Source: Bacilli bacterium
GTDB taxonomy: Bacteria > Bacillota_I > Bacilli_A > RFN20 > UBA1709
NCBI GenBank assembly: GCA_045600465.1
Contig: JAZRXY010000028.1
Coordinates: 1 to 53,576, forward strand
Reading direction: 5' to 3'
Length of the DNA stretch: 53,576 bases
In this document: positions 9,943 to 18,463 of the stretch, piece by piece
Numbering within the stretch: the stretch's first letter is position 1
Layout: every line of letters starts with the position of its first letter
Made by a program: the position numbers and the translations under genes
The notes under the pieces: generated by a model
What the model saw: only the letters and a program-made list of their open reading frames with translations
Told to the model about the DNA's origin: nothing
The model's database searches: none

Positions 9943-10290
9943 AAATTATAAGAGTGAGTGGAAAGAAATAATTGATACTGTTTCATTAGAATTAAAACGT
10001 AATCCTTTAATGGTTGAAAAAGATACAATCAATGTTTTTATATGAATTATCAAAAAGTGAGTTACCTTTTGTGTTTAAAGGTGGAACATCACTATCTAAG
10101 GCATACGATTTAATTGATAGGTTTTCTGAAGATATAGATTTATCTATGCCTAGAAGCATCACTGATAAGGAAAAGAAAAAATCAAAGGAAACAATTATAG
10201 CAATTGCGACTGAATTAGGATTAGTTTTAAAAAATCCTGATGATGTCTTATCTAGACATGATTACAATAAGTACTTATTTGAATCAATAA
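9929..10290 (+). pseudogene. AbiEii nucleotidyltransferase toxin, disrupted
   Basis: RBS GGAGG then ATG 9929 with TAG at codon 3; MVEKDT then a frameshift near 10025; FKGGTSLSKAY..RFSEDIDL motifs; truncated near 10290. Confidence 0.85.
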
Positions 10291-10314
10291 CTTCGCAGTC
10301 TTTTGTATTAATAC

Positions 10315-10443
10315 GGTTCTCTCAAATGAAAGTTGGTAGCTATTTTTAAAAAGCATCAAACAAAAGTTGGTGGCAATTGCTAAAACGATAAAATAAAAGT
10401 TGGATTCTTCACCACATAAGTGATGGCGTGTCCAACTTTTTGT
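10315..10443. repeat. AAAGTTGG-box mini-array, copy 1 (3 units + inverted unit)
   Basis: 10322-10443 matches 52110-52231 with 3 mismatches in 122 bp. Confidence 0.92.
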
Positions 10444-10552
10444 CCGCACTCCCTATGTCAGGAAATAATTAACCAGTAGTATCATAATAATCACAAGGAG
10501 GATTATATTAAACTACCAGAACTTGATGTATTTGGCAGAATAGGTTTGTAGG

Positions 10553-10581
10553 AAAATGGCGATTAAAAATGTTGGTTTTCT
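10553..10581. repeat. Partial copy of the TGTAGAA..TTCTACA junction repeat
   Basis: aaaatggcgattaaaaatgttggttttct, 28/29 identical to 14881-14909. Confidence 0.75.
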
Positions 10582-10628
10582 GAGGATATAGAAGCTTCGC
10601 TTAGGAAATTAATCGCAAGATAACTAGC

Positions 10629-10734
10629 TCGATAAAATTCAAAGACTTGTAAAAATTTCGGTTGCAGTGTTGATTGGCGGCATTCTTTGTGATATAATAC
10701 AGTCGATAAAACTCAAAGACTTGCAAAAAAATCG
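10629..10734 (+). promoter_or_regulatory. sigma70 promoter bracketed by 32-bp direct repeats
   Basis: Repeats 10629-10660 and 10703-10734 (28/32); TTGATT(10670)-17-TATAAT(10693) between them. Confidence 0.85.
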
Positions 10735-10736
10735 AG

Positions 10737-12071
10737 GTGACATTGATGAGATTTGATCGAAATGTATATTTAAAACGATTAATAAATAAAAGGGATAATT
10801 CTTTAATTAAGGTAATTACTGGCGCTAGAAGAAGTGGAAAATCTTATTTAATGAATACTATATTTTATGAATATTTGTTAGAAGAAGGAATTAATAAAAA
10901 TAATATTATAAGATTTGCTTTTGATAATGATGAGCATATTGATTTACTCGATAATTATTATCCTAATGAAGATACAAAAATATATGCTAAAGCTGGCATT
11001 TATACTATTAATTCTAAAAAATTTAGAGCATATATAAAGGATGTTACTAATGATAAAGATAAATTTATATTGCTTTTAGATGAAATACAAATTTTAGATT
11101 CTTTTGTAGGTACTTTAAATGGATTAATGAACCACGAAAATTTTGATATATATGTTACAGGTAGTAATTCTCAATTGCTATCTAGCGAAATAGAAACAAA
11201 ATTTAGAGGAAGAAAATCGTCAATACACGTACTACCGTTATCATTTTCGGAATTGATGACTGGCTTTTCTATGACAACAAATGAAGCATGGAATAAATAT
11301 ATTGTTACAGGGGGTATTCCAATTGTATATAAACAAGCCGAAGATGAAAGAATGGAATATCTTAAAAATTTATGTGAAGAAACGTACTTGAAAGATATAA
11401 TTGGTAGAAAAGGTGTAAAGGATGTTGATACATTATCTGAACTATTTGGAGTACTAGCATCATGTGTTGGAACTGGGGTTAGTCCATCAAGTCTTGAAAA
11501 AACATTTAAATCTGAAAAAAAAGTAATTGTGACAGACGATACAATTAATAATTACATAAATCATTTTCAAGATTCATTCGTAGTATCTAAAGCATTAAAA
11601 TACAATATAAAGGGTAAAAAGTATATCAATTCACCATATAAAGTATATTTTGAAGATATTGGGGTAAGAAATGCAAGAACAGATTTTAGACAAATAGAAG
11701 AACCCCATTTAATGGAAAATATTATATACAATGAATTAAGATATCGAGGATATAATGTATGTGTTGGTGAGGTTGACATTAACGAAATGACAGATAGAAT
11801 CGATTGTAATGGCAAAAAAATATATAAGAAAAAAGCATTAGAGGTCGATTTTATTGCAACTAAGGGCAATCAAAAATATTACATACAGTCATGCTTAAAC
11901 TTAGATAATGAAACATCTTTAAGAGAAAAAAGAAGCCTTTATTATATAGATGATTCATTTAAAAAAATAATAATCACTAAGGATGGATTAGACATAAGAC
12001 GAGATGAAAATGGATTTACAATAATTGATATTTTTCAGTTCTTATTAGATATTAATTCATTAGATGCATAG
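10737..12071 (+). CDS. AAA_14 + DUF4143 ATPase
   Basis: ITGARRSGKS, LLLDEIQ, YVTGSNS, GGIP, YFEDIGVRN, MENIIYNEL, EVDFI; start GTG 10737 or ATG 10746. Confidence 0.9.
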   Translation: MTLMRFDRNVYLKRLINKRDNSLIKVITGARRSGKSYLMNTIFYEYLLEEGINKNNIIRFAFDNDEHIDLLDNYYPNEDTKIYAKAGIYTINSKKFRAYIKDVTNDKDKFILLLDEIQILDSFVGTLNGLMNHENFDIYVTGSNSQLLSSEIETKFRGRKSSIHVLPLSFSELMTGFSMTTNEAWNKYIVTGGIPIVYKQAEDERMEYLKNLCEETYLKDIIGRKGVKDVDTLSELFGVLASCVGTGVSPSSLEKTFKSEKKVIVTDDTINNYINHFQDSFVVSKALKYNIKGKKYINSPYKVYFEDIGVRNARTDFRQIEEPHLMENIIYNELRYRGYNVCVGEVDINEMTDRIDCNGKKIYKKKALEVDFIATKGNQKYYIQSCLNLDNETSLREKRSLYYIDDSFKKIIITKDGLDIRRDENGFTIIDIFQFLLDINSLDA

Positions 12072-12111
12072 TCTGATCATAAATTATGATTTAATGAAAT
12101 AATTAAATACA

Positions 12112-12366
12112 TATTGAATTTTGTTATAATCAACCAATTATACAAGATGCATTTAAATCAGATAGAACAACGTTTACTGTTTTTAGTGTTAAGAAGGATG
12201 ACACTAAACAACCAAAATTAGACACTAGAAGAGGGAATCGTATCATCTGTTGATACAATAAAAGACAAAAGATATTTTGTCAGTGAAAATAATTTTTAAT
12301 TTCTGATTGATATACGAAAGTTTATTGTAGATGTAATGTAGTATTGACTGCTCATACTGTTTTGAG
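12112..12366 (+). pseudogene. Degenerate, internally deleted copy of the 3' end and downstream flank of gene 323-1792
   Basis: Aligns to 1471-1861, lacking one 12-bp unit and the equivalent of 1599-1726. Confidence 0.85.
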
Positions 12367-12410
12367 TGTCTACAAAAAATAAACAAAATAGGAAAGAAAA
12401 GGAGCAAAAT

Positions 12411-13136
12411 ATGAAAGAAGAATGTTTAATATGCAAATCTCCTCTTGAATATCTAAATGAAGATATTGAAATGGAGTGTGCTATTTGTCACAAAAAAGAA
12501 TTAAGTAAAACAAGATGCATCAACGGCCATTATGTATGTAATGATTGTCACATAAAAGGCATTGATAGCATTTTTGGTGTTTGTCTTAATTCTTCTAGCA
12601 AAAATCCAATAAAGATACTTAATGAAATGATGCAGTTACCATTTTGTCATATGCATGGTCCTGAACATCATATTATGGTTGGTTCGGCTTTACTAACAGC
12701 ATATAAAAATGCAGGTGGTAATATTGATCTTACTAAAGCATTAGTAGAAATGAAAAATCGCGGAGGTAGCGTCCCTGGAGGTGCTTGTGGTTTTTGGGGA
12801 GCATGTGGGGCAGGAATTAGTTCAGGGATGTTTATTTCTATAATTTCTTCATCAACACCTCTTGAAGGAAAACCATTTGGTCTTTCTAATCTTATGACTT
12901 CAAAATCGCTTGAAGCTATAGGTTTAATTGGTGGCCCTCGTTGTTGCAAAAGGGATTCTTACCTCTCCATTCTTTCTGCCATTGATTTTGTTAAAGACCA
13001 TTTTGGTGTTCAAATGGAAAAATCAGAAATTGTGTGTGATTTTTCTTTTAAAAACAATCAGTGTATTGGTAGCAAATGCCCCTTTTCAAAAACTAATCAT
13101 TTAAAAAATGTAGAATTCTATAAAAATGATGACTAA
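12411..13136 (+). CDS. DUF5714-family Cys-rich protein with N-terminal zinc-ribbon
   Basis: CLIC..CAIC..C..GHYVCNDCH; MHGPEHH; PGGACGFWGACGA; GGPRCCKRD; RBS AAGGAG before ATG 12411. Confidence 0.8.
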   Translation: MKEECLICKSPLEYLNEDIEMECAICHKKELSKTRCINGHYVCNDCHIKGIDSIFGVCLNSSSKNPIKILNEMMQLPFCHMHGPEHHIMVGSALLTAYKNAGGNIDLTKALVEMKNRGGSVPGGACGFWGACGAGISSGMFISIISSSTPLEGKPFGLSNLMTSKSLEAIGLIGGPRCCKRDSYLSILSAIDFVKDHFGVQMEKSEIVCDFSFKNNQCIGSKCPFSKTNHLKNVEFYKNDD

Positions 13137-13167
13137 AAATGTTTTTTTCTACAATTTATTCTTTTCT
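13109..13167. repeat. ~60-bp junction repeat, copy A
   Basis: About 56/60 identical to 14867-14926; internal TGTAGAA/TTCTACA inverted ends. Confidence 0.88.
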
Positions 13168-13381
13168 CATTGTTATTCCACCTCTATTTAATTATAGTGG
13201 AATAATCATAAATCCGGCATTTATGACATTTTCAGTTTAGCATTTACAGACAAGATTGTTGTAAATGTACAATAATATACAATTTTAATAAATAAAATTT
13301 ATTGGAAACTACAACAAAATGATTAGATTAATTACAAACAAATAATAGATATTTATTTAGTAAGAATCAATTATAAACAAT

Positions 13382-13446
13382 AATCGTTCGAACGAAACGC
13401 GAACGAAATTAAAATCGTTCACAAATGCGTTCGTATATGATATAAT
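13382..13446 (+). promoter_or_regulatory. Promoter with clustered CGAACGA/TCGTTCG motifs
   Basis: Palindrome TCGTTCGAACGA 13384-13395; CGAACGAAA at 13389 and 13400; AATCGTTC at 13382 and 13413; TGaTATAAT at 13438-13446. Confidence 0.65.
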
Positions 13447-13467
13447 TTTAATGCGAGGTGAATAAAA

Positions 13468-14718
13468 ATGAAGGAATCAAGAAATGTAGAGTTTAAAGGA
13501 AACATTACAAATTCATTTCTTAAAACAGTCTCTGCTTATAGTAATTATGATGGAGGAACTATTGTTTTTGGAATAGATGATAATGGTAATATAACTGGTA
13601 TAGATGAATCGTTGGAGGATGTTTGCTTGGATTTAGAAAATAGAATAAACGATACCATTAAACCGAACCCAAATTATGAATTTAAAATTGACAAAAAAAA
13701 TAAGACAATATCTTTAATTGTATATCCTGGTAAAAATAAGCCATTTTTCTATAAGAATAAGGCATACAAGAGAAATGATACCTCTACTATAGAAGTAGAT
13801 TCAATAGAATTAAAAAGATTAGTTTTGGAGTCGTTAAATATTAATTTTGAAGATCAACCTTCTAGTAATCAAAATTTGTTTTTTCATGAATTAGAAAATA
13901 AACTAAAAGAGAAATTAAAAATATCTAAATTTGATACTGACACACTCAAAACGTTGAAACTAATATCGACTGATGGAAAATATAATATTGCTGCAGAATT
14001 ACTCTCTGATAATAATTCTTTTCCAGGTATTGATATTGTTAAATTTGGAGAAACTATTAATATTTTTAAAGAAAGAATAACAATATCAAATTGTTCTATT
14101 ATAAAAATGTATTACGATGCCTTAGAGAGTTTTGAAAGATATTATACATATGAAGAAATTGATGGAGCTTTAAGAATTAAAAAAGAAAACATACCTCAAG
14201 AAGCTTTTAGAGAAGCGATCTTAAACGCATTAGTTCATAGGGTGTGGGATGTAAATGCACATACAAAAGTTTCAATGTGGGATGATTGCATTGAAATATC
14301 TTCAGTTGGAGGATTGCCAAAAGGTATGAATGAAGAAATGTATCTAAACGGAAATATATCTATTGCAAGAAATCCTATAATAGCTAATGTATTTTATAGA
14401 CTTAATTTAATTGAACAATTCGGAACAGGCATAAGTAGAATAGAAGAATGTTATTCTGATAATGCGGAAAAACCTGTTTTCAAAATCACTGATAGTAGTA
14501 TTTATATAAAACTTCCCAAAATTAACACAAATATCTCGTTAACTCATGACGAGGATGTTATTTATAAAAATATAAGCAATAGAAAAAAATCAAGTTCAGA
14601 AATTTTAATAGACTCACCATTTGGAAAAACAAAGACTGTTTCAATTTTGAATCGATTAATTGAAAAGGGACTAGTGAAGACTACGGGTGAAGGTAAAGCC
14701 AAGAAATACTTTATGTAA
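13468..14718 (+). CDS. AlbA_2 + RecG-C/HATPase_c_4 + HTH protein
   Basis: ESRNVEFK, VSAYSNYDGGTIVFGI, REAILNALVHR, RNPIIA, IEQFGTGI, C-terminal HTH. Confidence 0.88.
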   Translation: MKESRNVEFKGNITNSFLKTVSAYSNYDGGTIVFGIDDNGNITGIDESLEDVCLDLENRINDTIKPNPNYEFKIDKKNKTISLIVYPGKNKPFFYKNKAYKRNDTSTIEVDSIELKRLVLESLNINFEDQPSSNQNLFFHELENKLKEKLKISKFDTDTLKTLKLISTDGKYNIAAELLSDNNSFPGIDIVKFGETINIFKERITISNCSIIKMYYDALESFERYYTYEEIDGALRIKKENIPQEAFREAILNALVHRVWDVNAHTKVSMWDDCIEISSVGGLPKGMNEEMYLNGNISIARNPIIANVFYRLNLIEQFGTGISRIEECYSDNAEKPVFKITDSSIYIKLPKINTNISLTHDEDVIYKNISNRKKSSSEILIDSPFGKTKTVSILNRLIEKGLVKTTGEGKAKKYFM

Positions 14719-14736
14719 GGTGGAGCACTTTAAAAG

Positions 14737-14798
14737 ATGTTGAAACGTATATCGAAACAGTTGTTTTGCTTGAGAAAAAAACTCAAGAAAATATTTAA
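14737..14798 (+). mobile_element. Third, degenerate rlmD-3'-like att motif (DVETYIETVVLLEK)
   Basis: gaaacagttgttttgct reads ETVVLL, immediately after the 14718 stop; followed by an imperfect hairpin and T-tract at 14814-14856. Confidence 0.5.
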
Positions 14799-14855
14799 AA
14801 TAGAGTAAATTTGAGGGTTGTGACTCTAGAAGTAGGAGGCATGATCCTTTTATTT

Positions 14856-14926
14856 TTGTAGAAAAGTGTAGAATTCTATAAAAATGACGATTAAAAATGT
14901 TGGTTTTCTACAATTTATTCTTTTCT
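14856..14926. repeat. ~60-bp junction repeat, copy B
   Basis: Direct repeat of 13109-13167; TTGTAGAAAA(14856)..TTTTCTACAA(14904-14913) 10-bp inverted ends. Confidence 0.88.
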
Positions 14927-15042
14927 TTTGATAAGTTTCTCTTGTTTAGGATAAAGTGTTAGAAAACAAGATAAGAGAAATGAAACTTTAGCGCAGCTTT
15001 GCACCAGTACTGCCACTATTTTTTCTAGGTTGTGCGATATCT

Positions 15043-16320
15043 TTAAAATAATTGAACTTTATTTAAAAGAAAATCTAACAAGCTGCAATGTAATATTCCA
15101 TTTTCATCATAGAAGTGATGCGGAATATCGTTTCTAATTATAACTTTTTTGTAAAAATCCTTTGCTAAGGTTAAAGAATAAAACTCTGAATTTGATTTTT
15201 CATCACTATTCATTTCATATGCACTCTGAATATAAATTCTTTTATCAAGGTCATTAACGATGAAATCAATTTCTTTTGTAATAGTATTTTTATCTTTTCT
15301 ATCATAAACTACACCAACATCAACCTGATATCCTCTTTGAATTAATTCATTATAAATGATGTTTTCCATAATATGACCTTTATCATATTGACGGTAATTC
15401 AATCTGACATTTCTTAAACCTATATCTTGGTAGTAATATTTATTAGGATAAGAAAAATAAGTTTTCCCTTTAATGTCATATCTTTTGGCTGTTGATATTA
15501 AAAAAGCATCTTCAAGCTTACTTATATATGAACTAACAAGATTAGAATCAACTTTTTCTTGCATAGCACTACCAATTGCATTAGCAATATTATTAGGATT
15601 TGTAAGAGAACTAATGGAAGAAGCCAGAATATCAAGAATATTATCTAGGATATCCTCTCTTTGAATTTTTCCATGCTCCTTTAAATCTTTAATATATGTT
15701 TCTTTAAATAAGTTAGATAAGTATTTAATTTTATCTGCATCAGTTTTTTTGTTTATGACCTCTGGCATACCACCAAAAAGCATATATCTATCTAGAACGT
15801 CCTTCTCATATCCGCCATAGTAAGAATAGACCTCAGAAAATGATAGGGGATATATATGAATTTGAGTAGACCTGCCTCTAAACTCGGTTGCTATATCAGA
15901 AGATAACATCTTCGAATTGCTACCGGTAACATAAACATCAAGGTTTTTATATCCTTTTAGTTCGTTAAGCATGTCGTAAATAGTAACTTTATTTTCGCCA
16001 TATTCATTTTTTATTATTCCCGTTTTAGACATTTGAACTTCGTCAATGAAAAGGTAGTATTTTTTACTGACATCAGTGTTTACAATAGCTTCAACATAAT
16101 CGCATAAAGCAATAGGGTTTCTAAAATTAAAGTATTTTCTCTTATCAAGCTCGATTTTAATTATGTTTTCATTAGGTACTTGGTTAGATTTAAGATATTC
16201 ATAAAATAGATCAAAAAGTAGCGTAGATTTTCCAGATCTTCTTAAACCAGTGATAACCTTGATGTTGCCATCCCACATTGCATTTATTAATTCATTAATA
16301 TATTTATCTCTTTTAACCAT
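15043..16320 (-). CDS. AAA_14 + DUF4143 ATPase
   Basis: ITGLRRSGKS, LFIDEVQ, YVTGSNS, FGGMP, YQDIGLRN, MENIIYNEL, EIDFI. Confidence 0.9.
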   Translation of the reverse strand: MVKRDKYINELINAMWDGNIKVITGLRRSGKSTLLFDLFYEYLKSNQVPNENIIKIELDKRKYFNFRNPIALCDYVEAIVNTDVSKKYYLFIDEVQMSKTGIIKNEYGENKVTIYDMLNELKGYKNLDVYVTGSNSKMLSSDIATEFRGRSTQIHIYPLSFSEVYSYYGGYEKDVLDRYMLFGGMPEVINKKTDADKIKYLSNLFKETYIKDLKEHGKIQREDILDNILDILASSISSLTNPNNIANAIGSAMQEKVDSNLVSSYISKLEDAFLISTAKRYDIKGKTYFSYPNKYYYQDIGLRNVRLNYRQYDKGHIMENIIYNELIQRGYQVDVGVVYDRKDKNTITKEIDFIVNDLDKRIYIQSAYEMNSDEKSNSEFYSLTLAKDFYKKVIIRNDIPHHFYDENGILHCSLLDFLLNKVQLF

Positions 16321-16333
16321 ATCAACACCTCAC

Positions 16334-16447
16334 TTCTATAAGTTGTAACAAAAGTGATAACACTTCTAGATGTAATTATATATTTGAATACAAAGAAAGT
16401 CAATTTTCATTTCCATAAGTAGCAACAAAAGTGATAACAGTTCTAGA
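16334..16447 (-). promoter_or_regulatory. sigma70 promoter bracketed by 37-bp direct repeats
   Basis: Repeats 16334-16370 and 16411-16447 (33/37); minus-strand TTGACT(16403-16398)-17-TATAAT(16380-16375) between them. Confidence 0.85.
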
Positions 16448-16550
16448 AATGCGTTATATGATATTAGTGTTCAACTTTTGAGGTTAACCACATAGAGTTT
16501 ATATATTAATTTGTTTATACTATTTTCAAAGAATCATTAGATGATTTAAG

Positions 16551-16589
16551 TGTTATAATAATAGATAGATAGATATATAAATATCTATC
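16551..16589 (+). promoter_or_regulatory. Extended -10 promoter plus palindromic operator for the hydrolase cluster
   Basis: TGTTATAAT 16551-16559; GATAGATAT-ataa-ATATCTATC 16568-16589. Confidence 0.6.
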
Positions 16590-16641
16590 CAAATGAGTTA
16601 AAATATAAATGTTAAATAAAAATTAACGGAGGGAAGACGAA

Positions 16642-18405
16642 ATGAAAAAGGGAATACTAAGTAAAATTTGTGTTTTAATTAGTTTAGTTTGTGGATTATC
16701 TGCTTGTAGTGAGAAAATTCCTATTATTCCTAGTGAATATAAAACTGCTGAAGAATGGGCAAGTAGTAATGTTTTAGCTAGCCATGGTGTTAATAAACAA
16801 CTTGATAGTTATGATAAAAGTCGCCCTGCAGCAAAATGCTTAAATGGCACATTTGTTGGTAATATGGAAAATGATGTGGCTGTTTGGAAAGGAATCCCAT
16901 ATGCAAAAGTTCCTGTAGGGGAACTTAGATTTAAACGTGCACAAGATCCAGATAAATCAAACGCTATTTTTGATGCCACTTATTTTGGGGATAGTTGCTT
17001 ACAACCATCTAGTGAAGAAGAACGTGCATCAATGTATGGTCAAAGTGAGGATTGCCTTCGATTAAATGTCTGGAATAGTACTTCAATGACAAATAAAAAC
17101 AAACCTGTTTTAGTTTATATTCATGGAGGAGGATGGGCTTCTGGGGGTTCATCAGAACCTCAATATAATGGTTATAATTTCGCCCATTATAATCCAGATA
17201 TTGTTGTTATCACCCTTTCATATCGTTTTAATGTTATGGGATTAATTAATCTATCATCTTTTCCTGATGGGGATGAATATGAAACCTCTGTTAACAATGG
17301 AGTATACGATCTTATTCAAGCACTAAAATGGATAAAACAGAATGTCTCTTCTTTTGGAGGAGATCCTAATAATGTCACAATTTGTGGTGAGTCTGCTGGA
17401 GGAGGAGCAGTATCGGTATTGTGCCTTAATAAAGAAGCACGTCAATACTTTAAGAAAGCAATTCCTATGAGCGGTAGTGTTAGCCAACCAAATACTATGG
17501 ATATGACTGATAAATTACCAGAAGCATTGAAGAGAGATTTTAATGTTAAAACAGTAGCAGAACTTCAACAAATTCCTTTCGAGACTTTACAAGAGTGGTG
17601 GAATGAAAATCAAAACGATGTATATCACCTTTGTGTTCGCGATGGGAAAGCGATATCTTATGATCCTTTTATGGATTGGACAAATGGTGTAACAAAGGAT
17701 TTAATCATTCTTCAAGGACATACTGCTAATGAATTCCAATACTATCAACATTTATTTAATGATGATGAAGATTTCTTCAATGCAATTTGTGCCACAATGA
17801 TGGATATGCAACTAGAAAAAAGTAACAAAGAATTTAAAGAAGTATTTGAAGATTATAAGCAAGCATTGCTTGATTTAGGATATTCAAAAGAATCTATTGC
17901 TAGAGAATATTGTAATGACCGTTCACTTGCAATAGGTAACACCTATCAAGCAACAAAACATGCAGACAATGGAGGGAAGGGTTACTTCTATATTTTTGAA
18001 CAACCTTATGATGGATCCATGGCACAATATGGTGCAGCACATGCAGTTGATTGCTATTATTTATTTGGTTCTTTTGATGGAGATGAAGCAAAAGGAACTA
18101 AAGAAGAAGTAGATCTTTCACGTAAATTCCAACGTATGATTGCTAATTTCTGTAAAAAAGGAGATCCTTCAATAGAAGATATAAAATGGCCAATCTATAC
18201 ATCATTAGAAAGAAACACTATGATGATCGGTCAAAATATGCGCATTGAAAAAAATCCAGAAGGTAAAAGGGTAGAAGCTGCTCTTAAAATGATAAATCTT
18301 GATGAAGATTTTAGATATCTAAAGAGTTTTTCTTCGGTTTTACCTGTTGTTAAACAACGTTATCCTGAAGTGTTTGAAAATTATATTATGAGCACTTTAG
18401 AATAA
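16642..18405 (+). CDS. Type-B carboxylesterase, lipoprotein
   Basis: Lipobox LSAC; WKGIPYA, SEDCLRLNVW, YIHGGG, GESAGG, GAAHA. Confidence 0.9.
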   Translation: MKKGILSKICVLISLVCGLSACSEKIPIIPSEYKTAEEWASSNVLASHGVNKQLDSYDKSRPAAKCLNGTFVGNMENDVAVWKGIPYAKVPVGELRFKRAQDPDKSNAIFDATYFGDSCLQPSSEEERASMYGQSEDCLRLNVWNSTSMTNKNKPVLVYIHGGGWASGGSSEPQYNGYNFAHYNPDIVVITLSYRFNVMGLINLSSFPDGDEYETSVNNGVYDLIQALKWIKQNVSSFGGDPNNVTICGESAGGGAVSVLCLNKEARQYFKKAIPMSGSVSQPNTMDMTDKLPEALKRDFNVKTVAELQQIPFETLQEWWNENQNDVYHLCVRDGKAISYDPFMDWTNGVTKDLIILQGHTANEFQYYQHLFNDDEDFFNAICATMMDMQLEKSNKEFKEVFEDYKQALLDLGYSKESIAREYCNDRSLAIGNTYQATKHADNGGKGYFYIFEQPYDGSMAQYGAAHAVDCYYLFGSFDGDEAKGTKEEVDLSRKFQRMIANFCKKGDPSIEDIKWPIYTSLERNTMMIGQNMRIEKNPEGKRVEAALKMINLDEDFRYLKSFSSVLPVVKQRYPEVFENYIMSTLE

Positions 18406-18463
18406 GAATAACAAACATAGATTATAATCTAAGTGGTTATATAAATTAATGGAGGTAAGTAGT

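Noticed and set aside
10014-10449. ORFs 10014-10349 (+) and 10252-10449 (-) as genes
   Set aside because: The first is a frameshifted AbiEii fragment running into the repeat; the second is an antisense read of the repeat
18418-18431. Perfect palindrome TAGATTATAATCTA
   Set aside because: Short and AT-rich, single copy; could be chance
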